Origin: Lingula anatina
Taxonomy: Eukaryota > Animalia > Brachiopoda
Length of the DNA stretch: 64,000 nucleotides
NCBI GenBank assembly: GCA_051362555.1
Contig: CM120640.1
Location: forward strand, 71,092,788-71,156,787
Direction of reading: 5' to 3'
Made by a program: the position numbers and the translations under genes. The notes beneath the pieces are model-generated. The model did no database searches and was not told where the DNA came from. It worked only from the letters and a program-made list of their open reading frames with translations. This document shows positions 1 through 14,275 of this stretch, piece by piece (position 1 is the first letter of the stretch; the number at the start of each line of letters is the position of its first letter).

Positions 1-2360
1 CTGGGCCTCCTTAGTGACCTGTCCACCCAATGTGTCCAGCACCAGGTCAAACCTAACAAAATAAACCTTCCAGGTGACCCTGTTCTGATATATATATATA
101 TATACTACTATTATAACACATTGGTTTTCATGCATAACAACATACAACTTGGTATCACATGTAAAATTTTGGCATACAGGCACAAATAATTTTTTTCTTC
201 ATTTTGCTAAATTTAAGTAACTTTTTCTTGCATTTTTAAGCAACAGAAAAATACAATTAAAAATCAAAATGAATGCGAAAGGTCTTTGCCTCATGATAAC
301 AGGCTATTAGAAAAGAAATGGAGCTGATTCAGTTCAACAAACTCTTCTTCAACTTTTTCCTCCTTTGTATCAAAATGTTCCAGAAACACATGATAAGAGA
401 TCATATGTATTTCAATAGCTCCAATTTAGTACATAACTGGGAGTGTTAGAACTGTGGTGGCTGTAACAATGTCACCTACCCTGACAGCCGTGTGAGTTCT
501 TCAGTGACATTTTGTGTGTTGTAATCTATCACGTTATCAGCACCCAGTGACAGCAACAGAGGCACTGCGTCGGTGGAACAGGTGGTTGTCACCTCTGCAC
601 CCCAGGCTTTGAGGAGCTGACAGAGAAATAATGAGAATAAATATCTATTGAGGGAACGTACTAAGTATGGGCCACATCTTTAGATGTTTACAGTGTGTAA
701 TCTTAGAACAATTAAAAACCCAGTATAGCAAAATGAGTATTTTAATACTCATACCATATTTCCACCTGTGCTTGGTTTTCTATTACACTGCTCAGTGTGA
801 TGGTTTTTTATTCACTTACTTGTATTGCAAAAGTTCCCACTCCCCCTGAACCTGCATAAATCAACACCCTGAAGGAGGATAGAAAAGATTAAAACATTTC
901 AATCGTTTTCAAACTCAATTTTTAGTCTTCCCCAAAACAAATTCCAAGGTGTAAACATATGAAACTGAGGATTTGATTTAGAAGGTATAAAAATTTACCT
1001 TACTGTATGTGGGTATGTGACAATTAATTTTTTTTTTTGAGTATTTCAAAAATGAAGACTAAGAAAACCCTCCTTGCTCTACCTTTTTCCTGCAGTATTG
1101 TGTTCATTCAGGCCTCCAATGGTAGAAACTGCTGCCCACGTTGTCATGGCAGCATAGGGTATGGAGGCTGCTTCTATATGAGACAATCTCTTGGGTTTCA
1201 GTGAGATCTGAGAACAGAAGTTGAACCATAATATAGATAAATATGTCATCTGTAGGTAGGTAGTCTTCAGTCCTCTTGTGGTTACTAATACTAACTCATA
1301 TTTCAGTTTTCTCAATGAGTTTGGTTAAATGGTCATCAGTATTACTCCTGAACCCTCACCTCACTCTCTGATGATACAGTGAACTCTGCATGTGCTCCTT
1401 GTCTTTGGGCACCAAGGGCTCCCCACACCTTGATTAAAAAAAAAGATCTTATCACTTAGATAAAAATATCTCAGTTTTTGTTACGAGTGCACCATTACAT
1501 GAAGTATTGTATTTTTATTCTGCCTTAATTTTTTTTACTACATGTTCATGACTTTTAATAAGGCTATCCTAATTAAAAGGCTCTAGGAACTGGCCATCTC
1601 TGGCAGACAAGGTGTTAATCTACCTCATCTCCTGGTTTGAATCTCCTCACACCCACTCCTGTCGCCACCACCACACCTGAGAAGTCCCGGCCAAGAGACA
1701 GAGGAAACTCTGACCCAGAACTCAGTGAGCATCGTAGCCTTCTGTAGAAATTTAAAATACTGGATCCATAGCCAGCTGAAATATTTACAAAATCATCGGT
1801 GAAAATTGACTACAAATTGCATCTTCTGCTCACAAACAGCAATCTCTTTACAGCACATCATCAAGTACCCGGTATTAGGAGGTAAAAACTGACAGTTCAA
1901 TTTATCTCAGCATTCATTATACAATTATTTAGCTGTAGTGATATATCATGCCCTTAAACACAAGGCTTGCACATCATGTCAGAGAAATGTAATCTTATAA
2001 GAGTATCAATTTATTCTATATTTAAGTGAAAAACCTTTTCTCTAAATCTATACCTCTCATTCGTACATCAATGGGATTGACACTGGCAGCGTGGACCTCT
2101 ATTAGCAGTTCATCTGGATTCCTAATCATTGGTGTTCTGTGCGTTTTTGTCAGTTCTAGCTCCTCATTTCCTCCATATCTGTGAATCTGCCAAGTTGCCA
2201 TTCTGCCAGGAATCCGTTTACTGAATGCTCGGCATTGCACAGACAGTACACCCCCGGTTCTTCTCCACACACGAGGCACCAGTTCACAACACGAAGGGTG
2301 TCTTAGCTTGCAGCTGTAGTGCAGAGACCTGCTTAAGGATGTGCCCAGTGCTTTACTCAT
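1..2360 (-). CDS. RTN4IP1: Reticulon-4-interacting protein 1, mitochondrial NAD(P)H oxidoreductase (MDR family); 5' seven coding exons, gene continues beyond position 1
   Basis: GT-AG exons 2360-2054, 1775-1624, 1428-1360, 1207-1083, 868-820, 616-480 and 52-<1 splice in frame. Motifs: Arg-rich transit-like N-terminus, VHAASVNPIDVRMRAGYG, EFPLSLGRDFSGVV, EAASIPYAAMTTWAA, nucleotide-binding VLIYAGSGGVGTFAIQLLKAWGA, LGADNVIDY, FDLVLDTLG. Confidence 0.95.
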
Positions 2361-2892
2361 CGTTCCTGCGTCTTGTCGTGTGCTCGATTTTGACACAAAA
2401 CGACAAATAAATTTGTGAAAAGTTACCGGTGGTTCCGTTGAGTGGTGAATCAACGCAACCGAGTTTCTATCATCAGTAAAAAATAACTATTGCAAGGCAT
2501 AACCATTTACAAAAGAGTTGTCATTCAGGTGTCAAAGTACTTTAAATGTGTTTTCTACCTGCGGTCTCCCTCCGTGTTGACAGCTTGCTTATAAAACGTG
2601 TTTTCTAAATTTTGCCGGTAGATGGCAGTACACATCACTTTACTCTTTAACCAGATTTCTTTAATCTTTATGCATTTCTAATAAAGTTATTGCATTATTT
2701 TTGATAGAACTTGAATTTAAATTTCAAGTTTGAAGGCATGTGGTTTATACAAGAATAAATTCAACTCAACCCGTTTAAAGATTTGTTATCAAAGTTTCGT
2801 ATTTACATGCAGCGTCACCTATAGTACATACCGGCAAAGTTGACTGTAAACACGTGAAAGTAGAGCTTAAAAGCAGTGAAATACAGCAGTGG
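2361..2892. promoter_or_regulatory. Putative bidirectional promoter between RTN4IP1 and QRSL1
   Basis: Divergent ATGs at 2360 (-) and 2893 (+), about 530 bp apart; locally CpG-richer; CTCF-like CCGGTAGATGGCAGTA at 2615-2630; E-box CACGTG at 2851-2856. Confidence 0.65.
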
Positions 2893-5800
2893 ATGATGCT
2901 GTCAAGTTCTTTGAAAGAGGTGGTGCATTATTTGTGTGGAAAGTGCAAGCAAAAATGTAAAATGCACTTGATGCACAAGGGCTTTTGTAATGTCTTATTG
3001 CTATTAACCTTAGTAAACACATGTAAGCCTTGACAATTCGCCATTGCTTCAAGTGCTTGTACATGTAGAAGAACCTATGTTAAATTTAAGAAGGAATTGG
3101 TGTGTGAAAATTACACCCACATGGTCCCAAAAAATATCAGAGCTTACTTCTGCAAATTACATGTGAGCGCCCACAATCTCTCTATTGAACGGGGCAGGTA
3201 CTGCAAGCCAAAAATCCCTGAAGAGTTGAGATTTTGTAAACTTTGTGATTTGAATAAAGTAGAAGATGAGTTCCACCTCCTGCTAGAGTGCAAAGCATAT
3301 GATTCAATAAGAGATCCTTTCAGAGGGCAGCTGTCAGAGTTCCTACCCCTAGGCGACCTCAGCAATAATGAACTGTTTAATTTTCTTATGGGTGCTCTGG
3401 ACATAGATATTCTTAGAATGGTCATGTGTTTTGTAAATAGATGCTTTCAACAGAGAGAACAGGCCCTCTCTTAATACATTGTACTCTTTCCAATTTATTT
3501 ATTTAAATTCATCGCCTATAGATTATCATTATACATTTCATATATATATCTTTTTTTTTCTTTTAAGTTAAAACTAACTTATTGGTATTGATATACATGT
3601 AAACATTGAAGTCATGTATATTTATTCATTTTCTTGTTTGTACTGTTATAGATGTATTGTCTTTGATTGCATGTACCTTATATGTGAAGGTGTATCAATA
3701 AAGAACCTCTATGTTTTGGGGTTGTATAAATACTATTCAGTAAAATATTACTGTAGCTATACACCCTAGTTATAAGGCAAGTCGCTCTGTTTTACTGTTA
3801 TATTTAGTTTACATCTCAGATCTTTAAACAGTAGGGAAATGGCTAAAAACTAATTTTTCCACATTTTCTACTTATTTATGTTTTAAATTTTGTAATACCT
3901 GCCATTAAAATGTAAAACAACATTTTGTAGGATTACATACCAGTGTATTGTGCAAGTAACAAATTAATGCAGCTTTGTTATGTTTGCATTAAGAATTATT
4001 TTCATGAACTGTTATTTACAGATGGTCTGTTGCAGGTAATAAACAGCTTACGTAATGGCAGTATTCAGAGCAAGGAGTTGTGTGAGAAGTGTATCAGACG
4101 TGTGCAGAAGACCAGAGAACTGAATAGCTTCATCACAGAGACACTAGATATTGCCAGAAGTCAAGCTAGTGAGTCACAGGCAAGACAGCTATCAGGTAGG
4201 TCCGTAGACAACTTACTGTTGCTTTTTAAACTTTAAATCTAATATTATGTTATCTGGCAACAATTTAGAGTTATTCATGAATTTTGGCTTGGAGTCTTAA
4301 TTTTTCTCAGAAAAAACATTTCTCCATATTTGTAATCGTTTTCCTGACCCTGTTTTGCTTTTGGATTCGATGTTAGTTTTTTTTTTGCTACTTTTAACTT
4401 AAGAACTTACTCCTAAATGAATCATTTAGGCTACCATTAGTTTTCCAGATGTTTCAGAATCTGAAAGAAATATAGTGTCATGCCCTTTTATTTGAGGAAT
4501 TTTCATTCTTGTAGGCCTGAATTGGGAAAGATCTCCGTGGGATATTAAGACAGAGATATGACTTTGGAACATTGATTATTGGATAATAGTTATATTTAAA
4601 GTTTATGGAGATTGGGGATTATTGTTTATGATAAGTAAAAAATTTTTATTGTAATCAAGCACCCCACTGCCACAGTGATTAGGTATAATAAATTTATTAC
4701 CGAAAGAATGCAGTAAACAAAATTATGATAACAAAATGTAAGAAATTGTTTATACTACCGTAATATGTGTACATGTACACCAACAAATAAATCACCGATA
4801 TTACTTTGGAAACATGTTTTCACATAATCTGTTTGATTGCTCATTGTTCCAAGAATTTCTATTAAATAATATTTAAGTGATAATAGTCACTAACTTTAAC
4901 ACAAAATATATTTATGAAGCAGCTATGTTTTGCTCTTGTCATGCTCAGCCTGATGATGCTCTTGTAATTATGTATTTCTACATTCTGTTAAATTAAATCT
5001 GAGGCAAGAATCCAAAGTTTTTCTAGGTTGTCTGTCTATATCTGTAATGTGCACATTTTCCAGGCTCCCCTCTAGGTATTCTAGATGGTGTCCCAGTCGC
5101 TGTGAAAGACAACTTCTCCACCTTGGGCGTGCAGACATCTTGTGCATCTGCGATCCTCAAAGGCTATGTTCCTCCTTATAATGCTACCATGGTACAGAGG
5201 CTGCTGGACCAAGGCGCTGTCATGATGGGAAAGACAAACTTAGATGAATTTGCTATGGGGTCAGTAAGCACGTGTGTGTTTGTGTGGTAATATGTCATGG
5301 TATTGAAGAGTTTTTGCAATTAGGGTGGGAGAGGGGGATACAAAGGACCGTCGCTGTAAAACTCTGAATCAAAATTTGATCTAGGCCCCATGCCATTTCT
5401 CAAGTAGGATCAGCCAAGGGGCTATATGGCCCACTTTTACAGAAAAGGAACCTGCTCTAAAATGGGTGGCTGTAGGCCTGATCATTTATATCTTAAATTT
5501 GCCACTGTGACTGAAGTGTTACTGATTGTTGATTTGCAGGTCAGGCAGCCTGGACAGTGTCTATGGACCAGTGAGGAACCCTTGGAAGTATACTTTTCAA
5601 AATTACGAGGCCAACAAACAAGACGACCTGAACAAACAAAGTTTAAGATGTTCAAATGAAGGAAATAGTTCAAATCATAAAAACAATATGCAAAGTGAAA
5701 TTATAAAAAATTCTGATGGTATGAACAGTCAAAACAGGTCATCTGATATTCCTGAAGACATGGATGTCAGTGACACGAGGTCAGAAGAATGTGATTGGTA

Positions 5801-8800
5801 CGTGAGTGGGGGCAGCTCAGGAGGCAGTGCTGTAGCCGTAGCAACAGGGACAGCTTTTGCGTAGGTTTCTAGTAGATTCAGATGAATGAATGAATTTTAC
5901 TGTGTAATGTTTATGAACATGGATAATATCAGACCCAGTTTAAATGATTCTGTCAGTGTATTATAAACAGAATAACTTGCATGTTGTCAGAAGTTTAATC
6001 CATCTCTCTTTGGGACCTATGTGAACTTAAATCTCTTTATTTATTTAAGATGCACATTTTCATATTATGTTGAATATCAACTTTTCATTTAATAATATTA
6101 GTATTAGTGATAGAAGAAGTAATAATTCAAATGATGGAATGAAGTGCACTTAGCAGATTCTCTTCCAGAGCGCTGGGTTCTGACACGGGAGGTTCAGTGA
6201 GGATTCCCGCCTCCTACTGTGGTGTTGTGGGCTTTAAACCCACCTATAGCCTGCTGTCCCGGTATGGACTGATACCTTTAGTCAATTCTCTGGACGTACC
6301 TGGGATTTTAACCAAAACAGTAGATGACACTGTGATCATGTTAAGTGAGTGCTTTTAGAACCTGTGTTGTTTATGAAAATCATTAATTCAATGGTGCGTG
6401 TACTCTGTCTTTCTCATATTGTGCAAATAAACATTATTGATGTAAGTTTTAATAGTAAACAGTGCAACAAATCAAAGCTCATCATTTTGTGAAGGTCAAC
6501 ATCGTATGAAGGTGAACAATTTATAAGGGTCAACATTGAATGAAGGTCATCATTTGTCACACCTGTTACAGATGTTTTAGCTGGCCATGACATCCATGAC
6601 TCCACAACTATGACTGACCCCTACAGACCTGTACTGGCTGTTGATTTTCCTGAGAAAATTTCTCTAAAAGGATTGCACATAGGAATACCAAAGGTATAAT
6701 TACGGTAGCTGTTACATTTTAATAACATTATTTCTCTACGTCAAGCTTGGGATTTTGAAATAAGATTTAACACATTGGATTTTGAATAAAAATAAAACTA
6801 TAATTCTGATAACTACAGCTGAAGTTTAAAGAGAAAGAGAAAAAATAATAGTGGATATACTAAGTCACGTGGTTGTTGGACATAAAACAAACTTAAAGTG
6901 AGCTACATGCCCTTAATCTCACTGTTATGCCCCTCAACTTTCTCTCTTTTAGGAGTATCATGCCCCTGGTCTGGCGTCTGATGTTCTGTCGGCCTGGGAC
7001 AAAGCCGCTGACCTGTTTGAAGCTCATGGCGCCACAGTAAGTGAGGTGTCTCTGCCACACACTCGCTTCTCCATCGTCTGCTACTCTATACTGTGTGCTT
7101 GTGAAGTCTCCTCCAACATGGCAAGATATGATGGGATTGAGTTTGGTTAGTCTGTATTTTTTAAGACTTAATAATAATAATAATAATAATAATATATAGT
7201 GTCAAAAGATATAGTTCAATTATGATAGCAATCAGCATAGGTCTAACTGGCCTCTGCAATTCAAAATGATACGTTGAGTTGTTTAATTAGTTATCTATTG
7301 ATTGCCATTTAAGTATTTATTTATGATGTTGGAAACTTGTGGAGGTTGTATTGGAGTGATGGGTGCAATAGGAATGAAATGAACCAGCTGTTTTGTGGAC
7401 GTGCACAGCTGTTTTGGGGATGTGCATGAATAGTTGTAGATTGACAAGTGCATGTATTCCAGTGTAATCACAACCTTATGGGATTTGGAAATTTATTTTA
7501 TGTCGGGAAATGTATAGTCATCGCCTGCATTTTTTGTCATCATTAGCATCCCAGCTAGCATTGCCATTGATAAAATTATTCTTTACTTAGAGACTAAATG
7601 TGTTTGATGTTTGTTATTTAGTCTTTTAAGTAAAGAATGATTCTATTTTATCATCCTATCTAGAGATGATGAAAAACCTCTTTCATAGTAGCATTGTCAT
7701 TGTCATGCACTGTCCTCCTTAACATCATAAAAACATTTATATGTCATATTGTAATAAATATTGACAAGAAAACATTTTGTGCACTGTCAGCATTAACACC
7801 ATTATTGATACCAGTAAAAGGAAGTCCATGTTACTTATTATTCTCAATTTTTTCCCCAAGGATTACAGCTCAAGTTAATATCCAGTATTATTAGATTATT
7901 TTTTGTGATGTTTTGTGCCTCCATTGCAGGTCACAGGGCACAGAATGCTGACACGTCCACAGAGGCTTTGTATGCTGCTAGCAGACACGAGGGCTTTAAT
8001 GATGTCGTCAGGGGGAGAATCTTAGCAGGGAACTATTTTTTACTTAATAAGTAAGTACTGGTCTCATAGTGCTGATACAGCATACCTGCTTAACAAAGGT
8101 TTAGCCAGCAAGCTGCCCACTTGGTATTTGTTAAAGAAATGAAGGTTTTATACTACATGTATGAAAAGTTAAAAAAAAAGAATATTTTTGTTGGAATAAG
8201 AGGAATAAGAATTGTGAATGCCATTATATTCTTCACTATGGAATAATTATTTTATTTTGTATAAACTAATTTCAGAAACTATGACACTTATTTTATCCAA
8301 GCGCAGAAGGTGCGTAAACTGATCAGCGAGGACTTTGCCCGCGTGTTCTCCGCGGGTGTGGATGTACTACTTACCCCTACCACACTGACCTGTGCCCCTA
8401 AATATAGCTGGTATAAGAGAGAAGACAACAGAACTAGGACAGAACAACAGGATGTTTTTACTCAGCCAATCAATATGGCAGGTAATGGGTCTAGGAGCTA
8501 GCTGTAGTCCACTTGTATATTCATTATTTACATTATTTGATTGAAAAAAAAGTGATGCACTCAAATATGACCCTTCATTTGTACATTAGAAATATCAGAT
8601 TGATGTCCAAAAGTCATAACTTGCACCTTAGAATTTCACAGAAGAGATCCAATTTCAGCAGAAAAATGGTATACGAGAAAATTATAAAACAGACAAAGAG
8701 CCAATGGTTACCACTGTTTCATTTCTCTTCAGGCCTGCCTGCGGTCAGCGTGCCAGCCTCACTGTCAGATGAGGGCGTACCCATAGGGCTACAGTTCATT

Positions 8801-8905
8801 GGACCAATGTTTAGTGAACAGAAACTGCTCACGGTAGCAAGATGGTTTGAACAGCAAGTGCATTTCCCTAGGCTCAGCTTGGATGGAATTCTTGGAGATT
8901 TATGA
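2893..8905 (+). CDS. QRSL1: Glutamyl-tRNA(Gln) amidotransferase subunit A, mitochondrial (GatA), complete, 10 coding exons
   Basis: Exons 2893-2919, 4036-4195, 5064-5259, 5540-5860, 6169-6344, 6572-6693, 6953-7145, 7930-8050, 8276-8481 and 8733-8905 have compatible phases. Amidase motifs [60 protein letters not shown]; GatA motifs [50 protein letters not shown]. Confidence 0.97.
3060..3480 (+). mobile_element. 3' fragment of a non-LTR retrotransposon (RTEX/CR1-like C-terminal zinc-knuckle region) in QRSL1 intron 1
   Basis: ORF 3097-3474 contains [10 protein letters not shown]...[20 protein letters not shown], typical of a LINE ORF2 C-terminus; no RT core present. Confidence 0.75.
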
Positions 8906-11900
8906 TAAGAAGAAAAATTAGGAGGAGACATTGGGTTTATTCACATCAATATTTTGTGCTGAATTTTTAAAAAGTGCTATTAAAAGTAATCTTGCTTTTG
9001 AATTAATCTCTTGTTTGTTTGAATTGGTTTTCTGAAAAGCATTCTGGAAAGTGTAATATGTGGGCATTAATTTACTTAAAAACAACAACAAATTTTGTAA
9101 GTTAAGGGCAGCAATTTGATTATTCTAAACTGAGACTCCAGGGAGCTTATTAAACGCTGACATACTCAGTACAAAGAAGAATATGAAAATAAAGATTGAT
9201 GATATGTCTGGCACTGTTTCACATATCAGAACAGACTAAGTATGTCATCACAGACAGACTAAATTATATTGATTCTTCTTTACAAAATAATCTGTTGCCC
9301 AACTAATTAAAACCTGTTCATGGAAAATGTTTTAGCAATTGTCTTGAGCTGTATTTCATCATGCTGTGGAAAAGGTTGATTTTTGTTTTTTTGATTAGAC
9401 TCCAGGTTTCATGCTGCTGTAACCTGGCTTTGTAGAAAACCAAGACACTCCTGTCCCTCATTTTATGTGTTATTGATTTGATCCAATAATATGAATGCTT
9501 GAAATGTCTTTTCATGCTGAATAGAATTGTGTAAATATTCAGATATAACTCTCACATCAATGGAAATCAAATCTTGAGCTCTACTGGTCAGAAACAAAGA
9601 ATTGTCAGCTGTTTGCCAGAACTACGAATTACCTTTAACAAGCATATCTTGTTAATTTACTCAGCCTATTAATACCCCTCCTGCTAAGGTACTGTACATG
9701 TTTCATAATCTGAAACCTGAAAATTTATATGTGATTATTGCTCTGTCTTCCGATTCTCAGGCTCTACATGTAATTTAGTTTGAAAAATAATAGCATACGT
9801 TGAAATGATTTTTGTGCAACTTGGTTAAAAAATCTCATGGCAGTGAGGTTTTCTGTCATGATTTTAACAAAGCCAATCACCGCTAGAAAAAAATGGAGTC
9901 ATGTGTGTTCCACTGCAGTATCCCATAATACTCTGCAATTAATTCGAAAAATGAATCAGTGCAGTTTGAAAAACGAATTACATGTGAGATATCTGTCTGC
10001 TTCCCCAGAAGGTGTTATCAAGAGTTCCACACCCCCATGCAAACACCTGGTGTTAAAAAGCTGTCTTATTTGACATAATCCCCATGTTATGTTAATTGAT
10101 CTATGGACTTGGTCATTGTGAACAATGTTGAGCACCTGTGTTAATATCTGTGGAGTCTGTACAGTGCATGATCAATATGGAACATGCATGTAGTACATTG
10201 TATTGATTATTGTTTGTGGCTTTGTTTTGTGCTGTCCACAAGTAATCACTTATTAAGTATTGGGGGGGGGGGGGGGGGCAGGATGGACAGACTTTGATTG
10301 CTTGAAGAAGTGACAGCCTACATATTTATATACCAGTAGTTGTATACAATAGTGCAAACTGAAGAGAAAAAATCTGATTTATTGTTCTAGAAGAGATCCA
10401 TTTGTATTAGTTACATTAGCAGTGCCTGGATATCCATTCAATTTTGTAGGACAAGGATCAATGTTTTGCAGATAATAAAGCCCACTACCTAAATAATCAG
10501 ACATGCAAGACTGAACTTAGTGAGAGAGGATTTCCCTTGAGTTCTTCACTCTACATTAATGACACACATTTCACAGTCTACATGGGAAACATTTTCAGTC
10601 AACTTGTAACAGCTCAAATTAGAACATATTCCATGTTTTAGACCCTTTATCATAAGATAATTTAGTTCTAATTAATGACTGGCCATCATTTAGACTGCCA
10701 TTGTCTTGCTGGTCATTTTGGAAGGAAATATGGAGATCTGGTACTCTTTTTTGGGAGGTTTTAGCTTTTTTTAGGTCTAAATTGAGAAAGTTTTTCAGGA
10801 CATGTAGATATAAAAAATTTAAAGGATATATGTTATCTAATGCTGCTTAAATACCTTTGAGTACTTTCCACTATTTTCACTCAAGTTTGCCTTAGGTCAC
10901 TGAAAATTACTCCTTTTTCATTGGAACAGAGGTGGCTTTCTACATTGTAGCTAGTGGCTTTTGAACCCCAGGGAGCTAAATGGTCCCTTTCAATTAAAAA
11001 TTGGGGCAAACAGACTGTGGACATCTGCCAATGACCCAGACATGTCTGGAGAAGAATCTATAAGTGATGTCCATCATCTGATTAATCAATTTACGTGTAC
11101 AACTACGGCAAATCGACCAACTGATTTTTACCCGGTGACTTGATTAGAAATGGGCTGTAGTACCTTGTATGTATTGATTGGTCAATTAACTATTTCCTGT
11201 GTTATAAAAGTGATTGATCAAAGTTGTACAGTAATCAGGCCGTCTAAGCCATAGATTTATATATTTTTTTGTTTTTCTGGCTTGGAGAACATCTGCACTA
11301 AGAATTCTCTTTGCTCAATTTTAGCAAATTGTTATGAAGATATGGAAATGGTATTTGTCATTTTATACTAGTCTGATAGAGTTACTCCAGGAATTATCAC
11401 AGTCAAGTGTACTGCAGTGTCTGGCAGAGCTCAGTAAATGAGATCAAACTCACTGCAGGTAACTTCCAGCTTCACTGTCAACACTGATCAATACCTGTTA
11501 AGAGCCATCGTCTCAGAGAGGAAACATGGGAGTTAAAAGCTGAAGGGTTTTATGTAAGCTGAGATTTCTATTTGCGCACACTTTTCACTTTCAGTTCTGA
11601 AGTCTAAGCTTGCCTTCAAGTAAAACCCTTCAGAAAATATTTTACTTTTTGTAATTAACATTGTCCAAACCCCACTCTACATTACAACATAATAACAATA
11701 AAGATAAATAAAATAAAATTGCCTATTTGCTTTAAGTTATGCCAGAGTTTTAAGTACATCATCTCTTCAGCACAATGTAATAAAACATACTGGTACTTTT
11801 AAAAAATCAATAATCAAATGTTCAAAATGCTGATGTTGGTGCATAGAAAATGGGGGCCAATGTCAGTTACATATGGGTCCTAATGGAATGAGACACATCA

Positions 11901-13898
11901 AGTATTAACTGCTATTTTATTAATGCTGAACGGAGATATGATTGAAATACATCGGGTGATTTCAGTTTTCTTTTATACTTGACTCATCTGGCAGAAAGAG
12001 TTGGTTCTATCTCCAGGAAGCCTTATGTTTATAAAGCCAGACAAATCATCTGATCACTGCTGGGTGCCCATGTAATCCCTGTAGCAACAATTATTAAACG
12101 TGTTCACATTGTTTTTTTTTTTGTTTGTTTATCTTAAATTTATTGGCAAGTTTTATTTGTTATAATCTTGTTAGGATTTACCAAAATTGCCGTAAAAATG
12201 CAGGTCAGGTTAAAAAACCATAGTAATTGGACAATACACTGATATAAATGCAATTTTGTTCTGACATTTGATAGAAAATGTTAAAAATGTAGTGACTGGA
12301 CTGTTATGTGGGAAATATGTAAATTTCCATGGACAATTTCCCCTTCAGTCGGTGTTATGATTAGAATAAATGAAGCGTAGAACAAATTGACAGATTATTT
12401 TACTGTACTACATGAACCACCCTCATTAAATATACTTGCATTTATTCAAGTCCATATTTTCTGTATCATAGCTTGCAATCTTTATTATTCAAGACTCCCA
12501 TGGATACTTTTCCTCATTTTTTTTACACTTAATGTCAGTATACCTGTACATGTATGAGCCAGCTTTGGGGGCTTTTTATACCATATGCATTCATAATACT
12601 TAAAATATCAATATGATACAATGTAGCCATGCTAACCAGTGGGAGAACTGAGACAAGAGATAGCAGTAGGACAAAGAACATTTATTCCAGATATGCAAAT
12701 GTGAAAGCCGGCAGCTGGCAAGTGAGGATCAATACAATAGGATACTGAACATATTCAAGGAGACAAAGCGATAAAATCATTTGAAATTTCCATCCATTTA
12801 AACAATTAAGAAAAGCTACAATCCAAATCAATTTGCTTCATATAATCGTATCTGTTCGTTTCCTAAAGGTTGAATTAATGGCTCATTGTCATCCCTGAGA
12901 GCAGAGAATGTTCTGGTGGTGCTCATTCCCCATGTTTGTAGCAGGTTTGGTCAAGTGGCTTGGAACGCTGGTCAAGCATGTTATGTAGCCATATATTACA
13001 GCATTAAGAAACGACAGTGCTATAATTAGATAGCGGAATCTCAACATTCAAAGTTCAGTTATTTAAGAACTGAATATGTTCTAAGTACATTACAAATTGC
13101 ACACATTTTTTTTGAATAAAAAAGGTTTTGTTTTACATTCATGGAAAAAAACAGTATGTACTATTAATAAAATATAAGGGAATTATCACTTTTACCTGTA
13201 AAACAATAAGTTTTTCTTGACAATAAAATGTATCATTTTAAAATCTATGACAATATTAAAAATAAGTTATAAAAATACCATGAAAGGCTAAAAAGGAACA
13301 TTTTTTGCTGCTTTCTGACATTCTATGAACAGTTTTATTGTTAATTCTTGAGAGAAATGCTGTTAAATTAAGTGGCTGATAGTTCAAGTACCATTCATTC
13401 ATTCTCTTTCACATAAATATGGTGCTTCAAATCAAACGGATATACCCTTGTTATCAAGAGGGGAGCTTAGACCTGTTATTACTGTGTTCTCTGTGGTTGG
13501 TGTCCATATTGACTGTTCCCGGCAGGTATCTTCCTCTGGTCTTATGGAGATCTATGTTACTACATGCTGACTGCTCAGAGCCTGTAACTTCCTGTTGTCT
13601 TATAAAGAACTTGTATGTTAATTTAAGCTACCTGCAGGCTGCACCTGAACAACAACAACAACATGTCTGCAGCAAAAACGGTTCCTTTTGACCTGGAGTG
13701 CCTCCACTGAGGTGTAGATCGAGTCTGTTGTACATCACATTGTAGCACATCAAGATTTGTTCACACAAGCCTGGTCCAATTAATATATACTTTCTGGGAT
13801 GTTCCAAGCTGTTAAAGCTAAAATGAAAAAGAAATGGTTTGACAAAGAGGCCCAAACATAGAATCTCAATCAGTTCATGCACACAAGCACATCTCACT

Positions 13899-14000
13899 CC
13901 CCTTAGGAAAAAGTCCTATAGGATCCTATTAGATCTTATAAGATCCTTTAGGAAATTGGGGCAATTTCCTACAGAACCCTATAGGATTTTTTGGTAAGGG
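13899..14000. mobile_element. Small palindromic MITE-like element
   Basis: CCCTTA...TAAGGG ends with internal CCTATAGGA palindromic subrepeats. Confidence 0.45.
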
Positions 14001-14275
14001 TCACTGAAAATATTCAATCAATGGACAACATTTAACACCTCATTTCACCATAAATAAAGAAAGCGGTAATTAAAAACAATTTATCACACATGCCTTAAGT
14101 TTTTTATCTCAATTATCTCAGTAAAAAAATGTTTAATGGAGCTGATGACTTTACTTGCTGTATTTATATTATATCCATGTATACACAATTAAGGCAGGAA
14201 GTCAGTCAAACATTCTGTTGCCATAACTACCATGACACAGTACCTGAAGTGAAGGAGGTCACATAGCGATCAGTC

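Noticed and set aside
13628-13897. ORF with CCCCC on the minus strand as a Cys-rich protein
   Set aside because: The Cys run comes from a (TGT)n microsatellite, and the segment lies downstream of the micro-gene stop, so it is best read as 3'UTR.
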